Below are positions 45,223 through 53,443 of a stretch of 64,000 nt of DNA, piece after piece. Location of the stretch: positions 32,689 through 96,688 of the forward strand of contig JAFRIV010000013.1 in the NCBI GenBank assembly GCA_017432615.1, read 5' to 3'. The notes under the pieces were generated by a model. The model was not told where the DNA came from. It worked only from the letters and a program-made list of their open reading frames with translations, and searched no databases. The position numbers and the translations under genes were made by a program. Position 1 is the first letter of the stretch. Every line of letters begins with the position of its first letter. The DNA is from Oscillospiraceae bacterium. GTDB taxonomy: Bacteria; Bacillota; Clostridia; Oscillospirales; Oscillospiraceae.

Positions 45223-45734
45223 ACAGAAACAGTGCTCCTTCCCACGTCATATCCGGCGTGTTTGTGTTTCTCCTGCTGGGGATATTTGCCGTTTTTTCCA
45301 CCGTGATGGTGCTTCTCGGCGTAAAAGCCTATCGTTCTGCGGTAGAGCGTACCGGGATGCATAACACGGCGCGCATCAACACGGCATATATCCGCACCAT
45401 GCTTCGAGCAGACGATGAAACAGGTACTTTTGCCGTGGAGGAAGTAACCGGTACCGCTATGGAAAACGGTACGGTTACGGACGTCTCTGTAGAAACACTG
45501 ACGCTGCGTAACAACTATGACGGAGAAGAGTATATTACCCGTATCTATGTGTACGGCGGCAGCCTGCGGGAGTGGTTTACGCGGGCGGAAGAACCGTTTC
45601 GCGCAGATGGCGGCGAAGTAGTGTGCCCGGCAGAAGAACTTACGGCAGAGCTGGATGAGAATCTCCTTACAGTACGGGTACGTGCCGGTGAAGAATGGTC
45701 TACCGTTTATCTGGCACTCCGTGCCGGCACGTAG
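45219..45734 (+). CDS. small membrane-anchored protein, pilin-topology (possibly DUF4860-like)
   Basis: 171 aa. The TTG start overlaps the upstream stop. MNRNSAPSHVISG is followed by VFVFLLLGIFAVFSTVMVLLGV. Confidence 0.45.
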   Translation: MNRNSAPSHVISGVFVFLLLGIFAVFSTVMVLLGVKAYRSAVERTGMHNTARINTAYIRTMLRADDETGTFAVEEVTGTAMENGTVTDVSVETLTLRNNYDGEEYITRIYVYGGSLREWFTRAEEPFRADGGEVVCPAEELTAELDENLLTVRVRAGEEWSTVYLALRAGT

Positions 45735-45746
45735 AGAGGAGAAGAA

Positions 45747-46142
45747 ATGAAACCAAAAAATCATAGCAATGCGCTTTTGATAGAACTGCTGATCGTGGTA
45801 TTTTTTTTCATGATCTCCGCCACGGTTTTACTTCGCCTTTTCTCGGAAGCACGTTCTCAAAGCAAAAAAGCGGAGATACTGGCTGCTGCAACAGTGCAGG
45901 CACAGAATGTAGCCGAGCAGCTTTATGCCAGCAATGACCGGGAAGAAAAACTGCTGCAGCTGGGCTTTGCCGGACAGGAAGACGGATGGACTCTTTTAAA
46001 AGAGGACTACACCATTCTGGTGCAGCTTAAGCAGGAACAGACCACCGGCGGTACGCTCTTCCAGGATGCGGTAAAAATCGAAATGGGCGGGGAAACCCTG
46101 CTCACGCTCCCCTGTTTCCGCTATGAGGAGGTGGCTGCATGA
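45747..46142 (+). CDS. pseudopilin-like protein with degenerate prepilin N-terminus
   Basis: 131 aa. MKPKNHSN-ALLIELLIVVFFFMISATVLL has Glu at +5 relative to Ala, as in FTLIE, but Asn instead of Gly at -1. Confidence 0.55.
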   Translation: MKPKNHSNALLIELLIVVFFFMISATVLLRLFSEARSQSKKAEILAAATVQAQNVAEQLYASNDREEKLLQLGFAGQEDGWTLLKEDYTILVQLKQEQTTGGTLFQDAVKIEMGGETLLTLPCFRYEEVAA

Positions 46143-46579
46143 ACCGGAAAAGCAATGTAAGCCTCGGGCCGGGAGCTTCCTCGCTGATTTTGATCTTCGT
46201 GGTACTGAGCATGGCAGTACTGGGTATGCTTTCGCTGATGACGAGTCAGAATGATCTGCGTCTCTCCGAAAGAAATGTTCAGGTAACCGAGGCTGTCTAT
46301 ACCCTGAATGCGCAGGCAGAACGCCGCCGGGCAGAGATCGACGAGATCCTGATCCGGTGCGCTGCACAGACCGGAAATGAGGAAGCTTATCTGACAATGG
46401 CCGGAGAGGCAATGCCGGAAGATGTGATTCTGGAAGATCATGTGATCTCGTGGTATGAATCAGATGGAGGGAGGACGCTGGACTGTGCGCTGGAGATCTC
46501 CCCGCTTGGTGAAAAAGAACGAACAGCCTGGATCAGATATGATCTGACAGCGGAAACGGAGGACGCATGGAATTGGTAG
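46139..46579 (+). CDS. small membrane-anchored protein, pilin-topology
   Basis: 146 aa. MNRKSNVSLGPG-ASSLILIFVVLSMAVLGMLSLM. ATGA overlap with the upstream gene. Confidence 0.45.
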   Translation: MNRKSNVSLGPGASSLILIFVVLSMAVLGMLSLMTSQNDLRLSERNVQVTEAVYTLNAQAERRRAEIDEILIRCAAQTGNEEAYLTMAGEAMPEDVILEDHVISWYESDGGRTLDCALEISPLGEKERTAWIRYDLTAETEDAWNW

Positions 46580-47619
46580 ATATTCTTCGCCGTGCCGTAG
46601 AATTGGGCGGATCGGATATATTTGTGGTCCCCGGATCCTCGGTAATGGTGAAAGTCGATAACAATATGGTACCCCTTACGCAGGAGAAGCTTCTGCCTAA
46701 AGATACCGAAGCGCTGGTAGGCTGTATGTACGAGATTGCCCGCCGTGATTATAATCTGCTGGAACGGGACGGAGATGACGACTTCTCTTTCGCCATTCTG
46801 GATGTCAGCCGTTTTCGCTGCAATGCGTATAAGCAGCGCGGCACGGTTGCCGCAATCTGCCGTATCGTTAATTTTGAACTGCCCAATGCTTCCGAACTGC
46901 AGATCCCTTCTCTGGTGATGGAGCTTTCCAAACTGCGTAGCGGAATGGTGCTGGTAACAGGACCGGCCGGAAGCGGAAAAAGCACAACACTTGCCTGCAT
47001 TGTAGACAAGATCAACGCGGAACGGCAGGCACATATTGTGACCATTGAAGATCCTATTGAATATCTGCACAGACACAACAAATCCCTCGTTTCCCAGAGA
47101 GAAGTTCCCAACGATGCGGCAACATTCTCCCGGGCACTGCGTGCGGCCTTACGACAGGCACCGGATGTGATCATGCTCGGTGAAATGAGAGACCTGGACA
47201 CGATCCGCACCGCTATTACCGCAGCTGAAACGGGACATCTGCTGCTGTCTTCCCTGCATACCATCGGAGCGGCAAAAACGGTTGACCGCGTGATCGATAC
47301 ATTTCCTGCGGAGCAGCAGGCACAGATTCGGGTGCAGCTCTCCATGGTACTGAAAGCAGTTGTTTCTCAGCGCCTGATCCCAACGATCGACGGACACCGC
47401 GTGGCCGTATTTGAGGTAATGACGGTCAACCCTGCCATTCAGAATATGATCCGCGACGGAAGGACCCATCAGATCGATAATGTGATCTTTGGCGGGAGCG
47501 ACAAGAGCATGATCTCCATGGATGCCGAGCTGCAGAAGATGGTACGTGAAGGAAAAATCACCCGAGAGAACGCACTGTTATATGCTGCCAATCCGGATAC
47601 GCTGTCGAAACGGATCTGA
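46567..47619 (+). CDS. pilT: PilT-family type IV pilus (retraction-type) ATPase
   Basis: 350 aa. Walker A GPAGSGKST, IVTIEDPIEYLH, SQREV, Walker B DVIMLGEMRD, His box TGHLLLSSLHT, and AIQNMIRDG, the counterpart of the PilT AIRNLIRE motif. There is no PilB-type N-terminal or zinc-finger region. Confidence 0.85.
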   Translation: MELVDILRRAVELGGSDIFVVPGSSVMVKVDNNMVPLTQEKLLPKDTEALVGCMYEIARRDYNLLERDGDDDFSFAILDVSRFRCNAYKQRGTVAAICRIVNFELPNASELQIPSLVMELSKLRSGMVLVTGPAGSGKSTTLACIVDKINAERQAHIVTIEDPIEYLHRHNKSLVSQREVPNDAATFSRALRAALRQAPDVIMLGEMRDLDTIRTAITAAETGHLLLSSLHTIGAAKTVDRVIDTFPAEQQAQIRVQLSMVLKAVVSQRLIPTIDGHRVAVFEVMTVNPAIQNMIRDGRTHQIDNVIFGGSDKSMISMDAELQKMVREGKITRENALLYAANPDTLSKRI

Positions 47620-47630
47620 AGGAGGCTGCC

Positions 47631-48188
47631 ATGATACTGGATAAAAATTATTTTAACAATATTCGGCTGGAAACCGTAAGAAAAAAATTCTATAACGCCG
47701 ATGCGGTAGACCGCCTTCTTGTGGATATCCGCAGCAAAGCAGACGGAATGACGAGGGAGCTTCTTCAGGCCAGAGCGGAATGCGAGGATGCCCTGAAGAC
47801 AGCGGAAGCGCTGCGGGAAGAGAATGAAGACCTTCGCAACAAAGGGAGAGTGCTTTCCCAGGAGATCCTTTCGCTTCGGGAAGATCTGAAAAATGCCCAA
47901 CAGAGTGAGGTTGAGGTGCCGGATACGGATGACCTGACACAGCGTCTTGAAGAAGCAGAAAAAGCAAAGCAGGCAGTTGTAGCCCGTTCCCGGGCAAGAC
48001 AGGAAGAGGTGGTAGAGAAGATGGAGACGCTTCTCTCCTCCCTGCGAGAACTGCAGAATCGATCCATGGAACAGATCAACGCCCAATGGGAAGAGATCCT
48101 TTCCAGCCTGGAGGACGTACCGCTCGATCTGACAGAGAAGGTCGGCCAGATCGCAAAAGAACTCAATGAAATAGAGGAGCTGCAGTAG
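47631..48188 (+). CDS. DivIVA-domain coiled-coil protein
   Basis: 185 aa. N-terminus F..IRLETVRKKFYNADAVDRLLVDI resembles the DivIVA F..RGYd..eVd.fL motif. The rest is E/K/L/R-rich coiled coil. Confidence 0.55.
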   Translation: MILDKNYFNNIRLETVRKKFYNADAVDRLLVDIRSKADGMTRELLQARAECEDALKTAEALREENEDLRNKGRVLSQEILSLREDLKNAQQSEVEVPDTDDLTQRLEEAEKAKQAVVARSRARQEEVVEKMETLLSSLRELQNRSMEQINAQWEEILSSLEDVPLDLTEKVGQIAKELNEIEELQ

Positions 48189-48267
48189 ATAAGCGTAGAC
48201 GCGGCGCGGTTTTCACGGTTGAAAAACGAAAGCAGGTCTGCTATAATAAAAACAGCAAGCGACAAGG

Positions 48268-48305
48268 AAGTTGCCGAGGCACGGAGTGGCCGGCAACTTT
48301 TTTGC
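48268..48305 (+). terminator. rho-independent terminator closing the 39.1-48.2 kb gene array
   Basis: AAGTTGCCG (48268-48276) pairs with CGGCAACTT (48291-48299) and is followed by TTTTTGCTTTT. Confidence 0.75.
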
Positions 48306-48377
48306 TTTTGACATTGAATTTGTTATGCGAGAGTGCTATGATAATAAAAAAATGAATAATAAATATGAGGGAATATC

Positions 48378-49085
48378 ATGTCAAAAAAGATGATCGTTCT
48401 CATCGGAAATTACGGATCAGGGAAAACGGAACTCGCACTGAATTTTGCGGTGCAGGCAGCTGCCCGCGGCGAGAAAACAGAACTGCTTGATCTGGACATG
48501 GTAAATACCTATTTCCGCCTGACGGAGCCGGGAAGACTGACCAGAATGAAGCAGATTCGGGTGGTTTCCCCTAATTTTACCAACTCCGGTATTGAGACGC
48601 TTTCTCTTCCGGCTGAGGTACAGTCTGCCTTTGCAATGGATTGGGATACGGTGGTGTTTGACGTCGGCGGGGATGCAGTCGGAGCTACGGCACTCGGACG
48701 TTACCACCAGGATTTTCTGGAGCTCTCCCCGGAAGATCTTCAGGTGCTGAATGTGATCAATATTCGCCGTCCGCTGGCCGGGACGGTGGACAAGATCGTT
48801 CATTTACAGGAAGAGATGCAGGAACATGCCCGACTGAAAATCACGGGAATGATCAATAACTCCAATCTGGCGATGGCTACAACGCCGGCGGAATTGCGGG
48901 ACGGCTACGAAGTGATACGGGAAGTATCCGAAAAAACGGGAATCCCGGTACGGTATACCTCCGGAAAAAAAGAAATGCTGGAGGCATTTCTTGCGGAAGA
49001 CCATGATCCTGCCTACATCGGTACTCCGCTGGTAATCGACACCTATATGGCTCGTGACTGGGAGAGCTGGATCCAGAGCCTGTAG
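48378..49085 (+). CDS. P-loop NTPase (SIMIBI-like; CooC/MinD-related?) of unknown function
   Basis: 235 aa. Walker A GNYGSGKT and Walker B-like VVFDVGGD. A promoter TTGAAT-17-(TG)TATGAT lies about 40 nt upstream. Confidence 0.5.
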   Translation: MSKKMIVLIGNYGSGKTELALNFAVQAAARGEKTELLDLDMVNTYFRLTEPGRLTRMKQIRVVSPNFTNSGIETLSLPAEVQSAFAMDWDTVVFDVGGDAVGATALGRYHQDFLELSPEDLQVLNVINIRRPLAGTVDKIVHLQEEMQEHARLKITGMINNSNLAMATTPAELRDGYEVIREVSEKTGIPVRYTSGKKEMLEAFLAEDHDPAYIGTPLVIDTYMARDWESWIQSL

Positions 49086-49138
49086 CGGCTGTAAATCTGT
49101 CTTTCAAAATTTTATGATAGAAGAAAGAGGGTCTGTTC

Positions 49139-49348
49139 ATGTTCAAAGTAACAATTAATGAGCTCCTCTGCAAGGGGTGTGGCCTGTGCGCAAGGGCATG
49201 TCCGAAAGGCGTTCTCGCCCTGTCCAGAACGAAGCTCAATCTAAAGGGGTATCACCCCGCGGAGGTCGTCTCTCAGGAAAAATGCATCGGATGTGCTTCC
49301 TGTGCACATACCTGCCCTGATGTGGCGATCCGAATTGAAAAGGAATAG
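49139..49348 (+). CDS. 2-oxoacid:ferredoxin oxidoreductase delta subunit (2x[4Fe-4S] ferredoxin)
   Basis: 69 aa. [12 protein letters not shown] and [12 protein letters not shown]. Confidence 0.85.
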   Translation: MFKVTINELLCKGCGLCARACPKGVLALSRTKLNLKGYHPAEVVSQEKCIGCASCAHTCPDVAIRIEKE

Positions 49349-49359
49349 GAGGGAGAGAA

Positions 49360-50436
49360 ATGGCTCTTACACTGATGAAAGGCAGTGAAGCGCTTGCAGA
49401 AGCTGCCATTCGTGCCGGCGCACGGTTCTTTTTCGGCTATCCGATCACACCGCAGACAGAAATCCCCGAGTATATGTCGGCGAGGATGCCGGAGGTCGGG
49501 GGATGCTTCCTCCAGGCTGAAAGTGAAATAGCCGCCATCAACATGGTATACGGGGCGGCATCCACCGGAGAGCGTGTTATCACTTCTTCTTCCAGCCCCG
49601 GTGTTTCCCTGAAACAGGAGGGTATTTCCTACATGGCTGGTGCCCGTCTGCCAGCAATGATCCTCAACGTGATGCGCGGCGGCCCGGGACTGGGCAGCAT
49701 TCAGGCTTCACAGGGTGATTACTTTCAGGCGACAAAAGGCGGCGGAAACGGGGACTATCATCTGCTCACGTATGCGCCTTCCTCTATTCAGGAAGCCATC
49801 GATATTATGATGTTTGCCTATGACAAGGCAGAAAAATATCGCGTACCCTGCCTGATGCTTGCCGACGGCATCATGTGCCAGATGATGGAGCCGGTCGAAA
49901 TGCCGGAAATGGTCGATTTCAAGGTCGACCCGGAAAAGAAGACCTGGGCCGTTACAGGCTGGAAGCCGGGTGATGATCCGGAAAAGAGAGCCGTGATCAA
50001 CTCTCTGTTTATCAATACGGAAGAGCTTTCGGAACACAATAATCTTCTGCAGGCTACCTATCGTGAAATAGAAAAAAACGAGAAGAAGTGGGAATACTAT
50101 AAAACGGAAGATGCAGATGTAATCATCACGGCATTCGGCACAGTAGCACGCATTGCAAAATCTGCCGTGGATGAGATGAGAGACCAGGGGATCAAGGCAG
50201 GCGTATTTCGCCCGATTACCGTTTGGCCGTATCCCTACGAAGCACTGAAAGAAGCGGCTGTTTCCTGCAAGGCTGTACTGGATGTGGAAGCCAATGAGGG
50301 ACAGATGAAGGAAGATGTTCTGCTTGCAATAAACGGGACAAAACCGGTGGAGTATTTCGGCCACTGCGGCAGCCAGATGCCTACGACGGATGAGATCATT
50401 GCCAAAGTTCATGAGATGATGAAGGAGGGCAAATAA
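49360..50436 (+). CDS. 2-oxoacid:ferredoxin oxidoreductase alpha subunit (Kor/Vor type)
   Basis: 358 aa. GSEALAEAAIRAGARFFFGYPITPQTEI. Confidence 0.85.
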   Translation: MALTLMKGSEALAEAAIRAGARFFFGYPITPQTEIPEYMSARMPEVGGCFLQAESEIAAINMVYGAASTGERVITSSSSPGVSLKQEGISYMAGARLPAMILNVMRGGPGLGSIQASQGDYFQATKGGGNGDYHLLTYAPSSIQEAIDIMMFAYDKAEKYRVPCLMLADGIMCQMMEPVEMPEMVDFKVDPEKKTWAVTGWKPGDDPEKRAVINSLFINTEELSEHNNLLQATYREIEKNEKKWEYYKTEDADVIITAFGTVARIAKSAVDEMRDQGIKAGVFRPITVWPYPYEALKEAAVSCKAVLDVEANEGQMKEDVLLAINGTKPVEYFGHCGSQMPTTDEIIAKVHEMMKEGK

Positions 50437-50437
50437 A

Positions 50438-51187
50438 ATGTCTGTTGTATTTGAAAAAACCTCTTATTTGACTGAAAAGCCGTTCCATTACTGCCCGGGC
50501 TGCGGCCACGGCATTATTCACCGCCTGGTGGCGGAGTGCCTGGAAGAGAGCGGAATGGGAGAAAAGATCGCCGGAGTTGCGCCGGTAGGATGCTCTGTTT
50601 TTGCCTATGATTATTTTAACTGCGATATGCTCGAAGCGGCGCACGGCCGTGCACCTGCTGTAGCGACCGGTGTAAAACGTGCCAAACCGGATACGCTGGT
50701 ATTTACCTATCAGGGAGACGGTGACCTCGCATCCATCGGTACAGCAGAGATCGTGCATGCGGCACACCGCGGAGAAAAGATTGTTACGATTTTTGTCAAC
50801 AACGCGATTTACGGCATGACAGGCGGTCAGATGGCTCCGACAACGCTGGTGGGTCAGCGCACGACCACTTCTCCTTACGGGCGCGATGAAGCCTGGTGCG
50901 GCGCCCCGATTAAAATGAGCGAAATGCTCGCCACAATACCGGGAGCCTATTATATTGAACGCTGCTCCGTAGATACCAATGCAAATATCATCAAAACCAA
51001 GAAGGCTATCCGGAAGGCGTTCGAATACGAAAAGGCCGGAAAAGGCTTCTGCATGATCGAAGTCCTCTCTCCCTGCCCGACAAACTGGGGATTGAATCCG
51101 ACGGAAGCAATGAAATGGCTGGAAGAAAACATGATCCCGTATTATCCGCTTGGCGTTTATAAAGACAAGGGGGCTGATGAAAAATGA
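50438..51187 (+). CDS. 2-oxoacid:ferredoxin oxidoreductase beta subunit (TPP-binding)
   Basis: 249 aa. YCPGCGHG and GDGD...NNAIYGMTGGQ. Confidence 0.85.
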   Translation: MSVVFEKTSYLTEKPFHYCPGCGHGIIHRLVAECLEESGMGEKIAGVAPVGCSVFAYDYFNCDMLEAAHGRAPAVATGVKRAKPDTLVFTYQGDGDLASIGTAEIVHAAHRGEKIVTIFVNNAIYGMTGGQMAPTTLVGQRTTTSPYGRDEAWCGAPIKMSEMLATIPGAYYIERCSVDTNANIIKTKKAIRKAFEYEKAGKGFCMIEVLSPCPTNWGLNPTEAMKWLEENMIPYYPLGVYKDKGADEK

Positions 51188-51738
51188 AACAGGAATTCAT
51201 TTTTGCAGGATTCGGCGGTCAGGGAATGCTGCTGATCGGTAAATTCCTGGCACTGGCCTGTATGAAAGAGGGAAAGCATGTGACCTGGCTGCCGTCCTAC
51301 GGGCCGGAGATGCGCGGCGGAACGGCAAACTGCTCTGTGATCGTCAGTGATGAACCGGTGGCGTCTCCCATGGTAGACAAGGCAGATGTTGTGATTGCCA
51401 TGAACGAGCCGTCACTGGACAAGTTTGAATCCCATGTTCGCCCGGGCGGGCTGCTGGTGATCAACAGCTCCATCATCGAAAGAAAATCCGTTCGCGACGA
51501 CATTAAGGTAGTCTACTGTGATGCAATGCACATTGCAGAGGCTGTCGGGAACCCGAAAGGCGCCAATGTGGCGATCCTGGGGGCAATGATGGCAAAATGC
51601 CATGTGGTTGATACCGATAAAATGGTTGAGGCCATCCGGGAAGAACTCGGAGAACGCAAAGCCAAATTCCTTGAAGGCAACAAAAAGGCACTGCTTGCCG
51701 GAAAAGAAATGGCAGAAGAAAAGTGGAAATATCTTTAA
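51184..51738 (+). CDS. 2-oxoacid:ferredoxin oxidoreductase gamma subunit
   Basis: 184 aa. FAGFGGQGMLLIGK...YGPEMRGG. Confidence 0.85.
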   Translation: MKQEFIFAGFGGQGMLLIGKFLALACMKEGKHVTWLPSYGPEMRGGTANCSVIVSDEPVASPMVDKADVVIAMNEPSLDKFESHVRPGGLLVINSSIIERKSVRDDIKVVYCDAMHIAEAVGNPKGANVAILGAMMAKCHVVDTDKMVEAIREELGERKAKFLEGNKKALLAGKEMAEEKWKYL

Positions 51739-51752
51739 TACTGTAAAGATGG

Positions 51753-51780
51753 CCCCCGCGGAAGATGTCTTCCGCGGGGG
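51753..51780. terminator. bidirectional terminator
   Basis: CCCCCGCGGAAG-atgt-CTTCCGCGGGGG, followed by TATTTT. Confidence 0.8.
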
Positions 51781-51806
51781 TATTTTCGGTTAATGAAGAT
51801 TTACGG

Positions 51807-52331
51807 TTATGATCCGGCTGCTGAGAGAAAGTGATCCATGATCCTCGACAGGGGCTTAAACAGAACCAGCACCGTGAGAAAATTGGAAACGGCATGGATC
51901 AGATCATAGGGAATACCGGCGATCCACATGGCGATGTAACCACGCCATCCGCCTACGATGGCAAAATACCCAATGTACATCAGCGGCCCGAAAAGGAGGC
52001 CGTACGCTCCCGCAAGGACTGCCCATAGCAAAGGGGACCTGTTTCTGCGAAAGATCATGACCAGGACGACCAGCAGCGGCCAAATATACAAATAGGAGAA
52101 CCACCACAGATTGAAGCCGAAAAACAACCCTTCCAGCAGAATGTACACCCCGACGGTATACAACGCACGCCAGCCGAAATACACCGTTGCAAGTATGATC
52201 AGGAGCGCATTCAGATTCACATTGGGGATCGATGCAAGGGCTGTTTTAACGGAAAATATCAGGGCGGCGAAGAAGGCAAGCATACACAGATTCCGGATGG
52301 AAAGATTATCCGACGGTGTAGGTGAACTCAT
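51807..52331 (-). CDS. small polytopic membrane protein (ECF S-component-like)
   Basis: 174 aa with 5-6 TM segments. It overlaps the upstream DUF4430 gene by 26 nt; an alternative start is at 52283. Confidence 0.45.
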   Translation of the reverse strand: MSSPTPSDNLSIRNLCMLAFFAALIFSVKTALASIPNVNLNALLIILATVYFGWRALYTVGVYILLEGLFFGFNLWWFSYLYIWPLLVVLVMIFRRNRSPLLWAVLAGAYGLLFGPLMYIGYFAIVGGWRGYIAMWIAGIPYDLIHAVSNFLTVLVLFKPLSRIMDHFLSAAGS

Positions 52332-52725
52332 AGTGCTCCCCGTCTGAAATCACGGTGCTGTCAATGCCTGTTTCTATCCATTCCCCTCCCCTGGTGAGGC
52401 ACCACCAGGACTGATCCCGGTTCCAGTCGGCGGTTTCTCCGTCCACTGTGTCCACCATGAGGCCGTAAGGACCGTCTTCGCCGGAGAGCAATCCGTCTAC
52501 GGATCGCAGTGCACCTCCCAGCATCTCGGCGTCGGTATTTACTGTGAAAGAAGCAGATGCTCCGTTTCCGTGTATGACCTCCAATGTGATCGTCTTTGCT
52601 CCCTGAACGGGGATCGGACGATTGAAATGCCAGACCAGGAACACAGCAAGCAACAGAAAAATAAAAGCAGAGAATGCAATGATCTGTTTTTTCTTCATGG
52701 CAAAGATCCTCACTTGTTTTTTCAA
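52306..52725 (-). CDS. DUF4430 domain protein (transcobalamin-like beta domain), membrane-anchored
   Basis: 139 aa. N-terminal anchor, then ITLEVIHGNG...GLLSGEDGPYGLMVDTVDG...WW...NGEW....G....I.DG..YEF. Confidence 0.55.
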   Translation of the reverse strand: MKKQVRIFAMKKKQIIAFSAFIFLLLAVFLVWHFNRPIPVQGAKTITLEVIHGNGASASFTVNTDAEMLGGALRSVDGLLSGEDGPYGLMVDTVDGETADWNRDQSWWCLTRGGEWIETGIDSTVISDGEHYEFTYTVG

Positions 52726-52750
52726 TAAAGCCCGGTTCTAATAACGCAGA

Positions 52751-53443
52751 TCATTTCCCGTTCCTGTCAATGACCGAAAGGGTATTCATAATATAGGAGA
52801 AACGCCTCCCGAAGCCTTCAGCACTTTCAAGAGTGTAATGGGCGGCGGCGACAAGGCTGCCGTCGGCGGCAGGGATGATATACACCGTCTGCAGCCGGGC
52901 AGGGATTCCAGCGTTGTTTTTCATACCGGAGGCCTCTATCCGTATACAGCTGCCGGCACGATCCAGAAGGCATGATTCCGTGAGGATCTCATATTCTTTG
53001 GAAAGGCCTTCACTGACGGATGCGGTGACAGCGTCAACAGGATCCGGGCTGTAGATTACCTCAAGATAGTTTTCGGGATTTTGGGGGTCGTCGTAGAGGG
53101 AGAGAAAACATTCCCGACCGTCTTCGCTGTGCCGAACGAACGACTCATAATCATAGTCCATCTCGATTCCAATGATATCATTCCGGACATGCTCATATCG
53201 GACCGGCTCTTCCGTTCCCTCGAGCAGGATCACGGTTTCGAAGCGCTCCCCATCCTGTCTTTCCCTTTTCACTTCAGCTTCCGGTGATCCGGAAGATGCG
53301 GGCGGGCTGATAGTGCCTGCGGGCAAAACAGGTTCGGCAGTCACGGCAGAATTACCGCTCCTGCCGCAGCCGCTGAGCAGCGTCAGCAGCAATATCAAAG
53401 TCAGTGCAGAAGAGATCTTCGTTTTATTTACTGTTTTTCTCAT
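52751..53443 (-). CDS. lipoprotein, hypothetical
   Basis: 230 aa. Lipobox LTLLSGC after the signal peptide. Confidence 0.6.
   Translation of the reverse strand: MRKTVNKTKISSALTLILLLTLLSGCGRSGNSAVTAEPVLPAGTISPPASSGSPEAEVKRERQDGERFETVILLEGTEEPVRYEHVRNDIIGIEMDYDYESFVRHSEDGRECFLSLYDDPQNPENYLEVIYSPDPVDAVTASVSEGLSKEYEILTESCLLDRAGSCIRIEASGMKNNAGIPARLQTVYIIPAADGSLVAAAHYTLESAEGFGRRFSYIMNTLSVIDRNGK

Noticed and set aside
43854-47619. Interpretation as a rearranged comG competence operon or as the spoIIIA locus
   Set aside because: ComGA-type ATPases lack the AIRNLIRE-like motif seen here, and comG pilins have canonical G/FTLxE sites. spoIIIA begins with its ATPase and has a short (about 170 aa) GspF-like protein plus AE-AH genes, none of which is present. 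Neither model fits, so the cluster is reported as unassigned.
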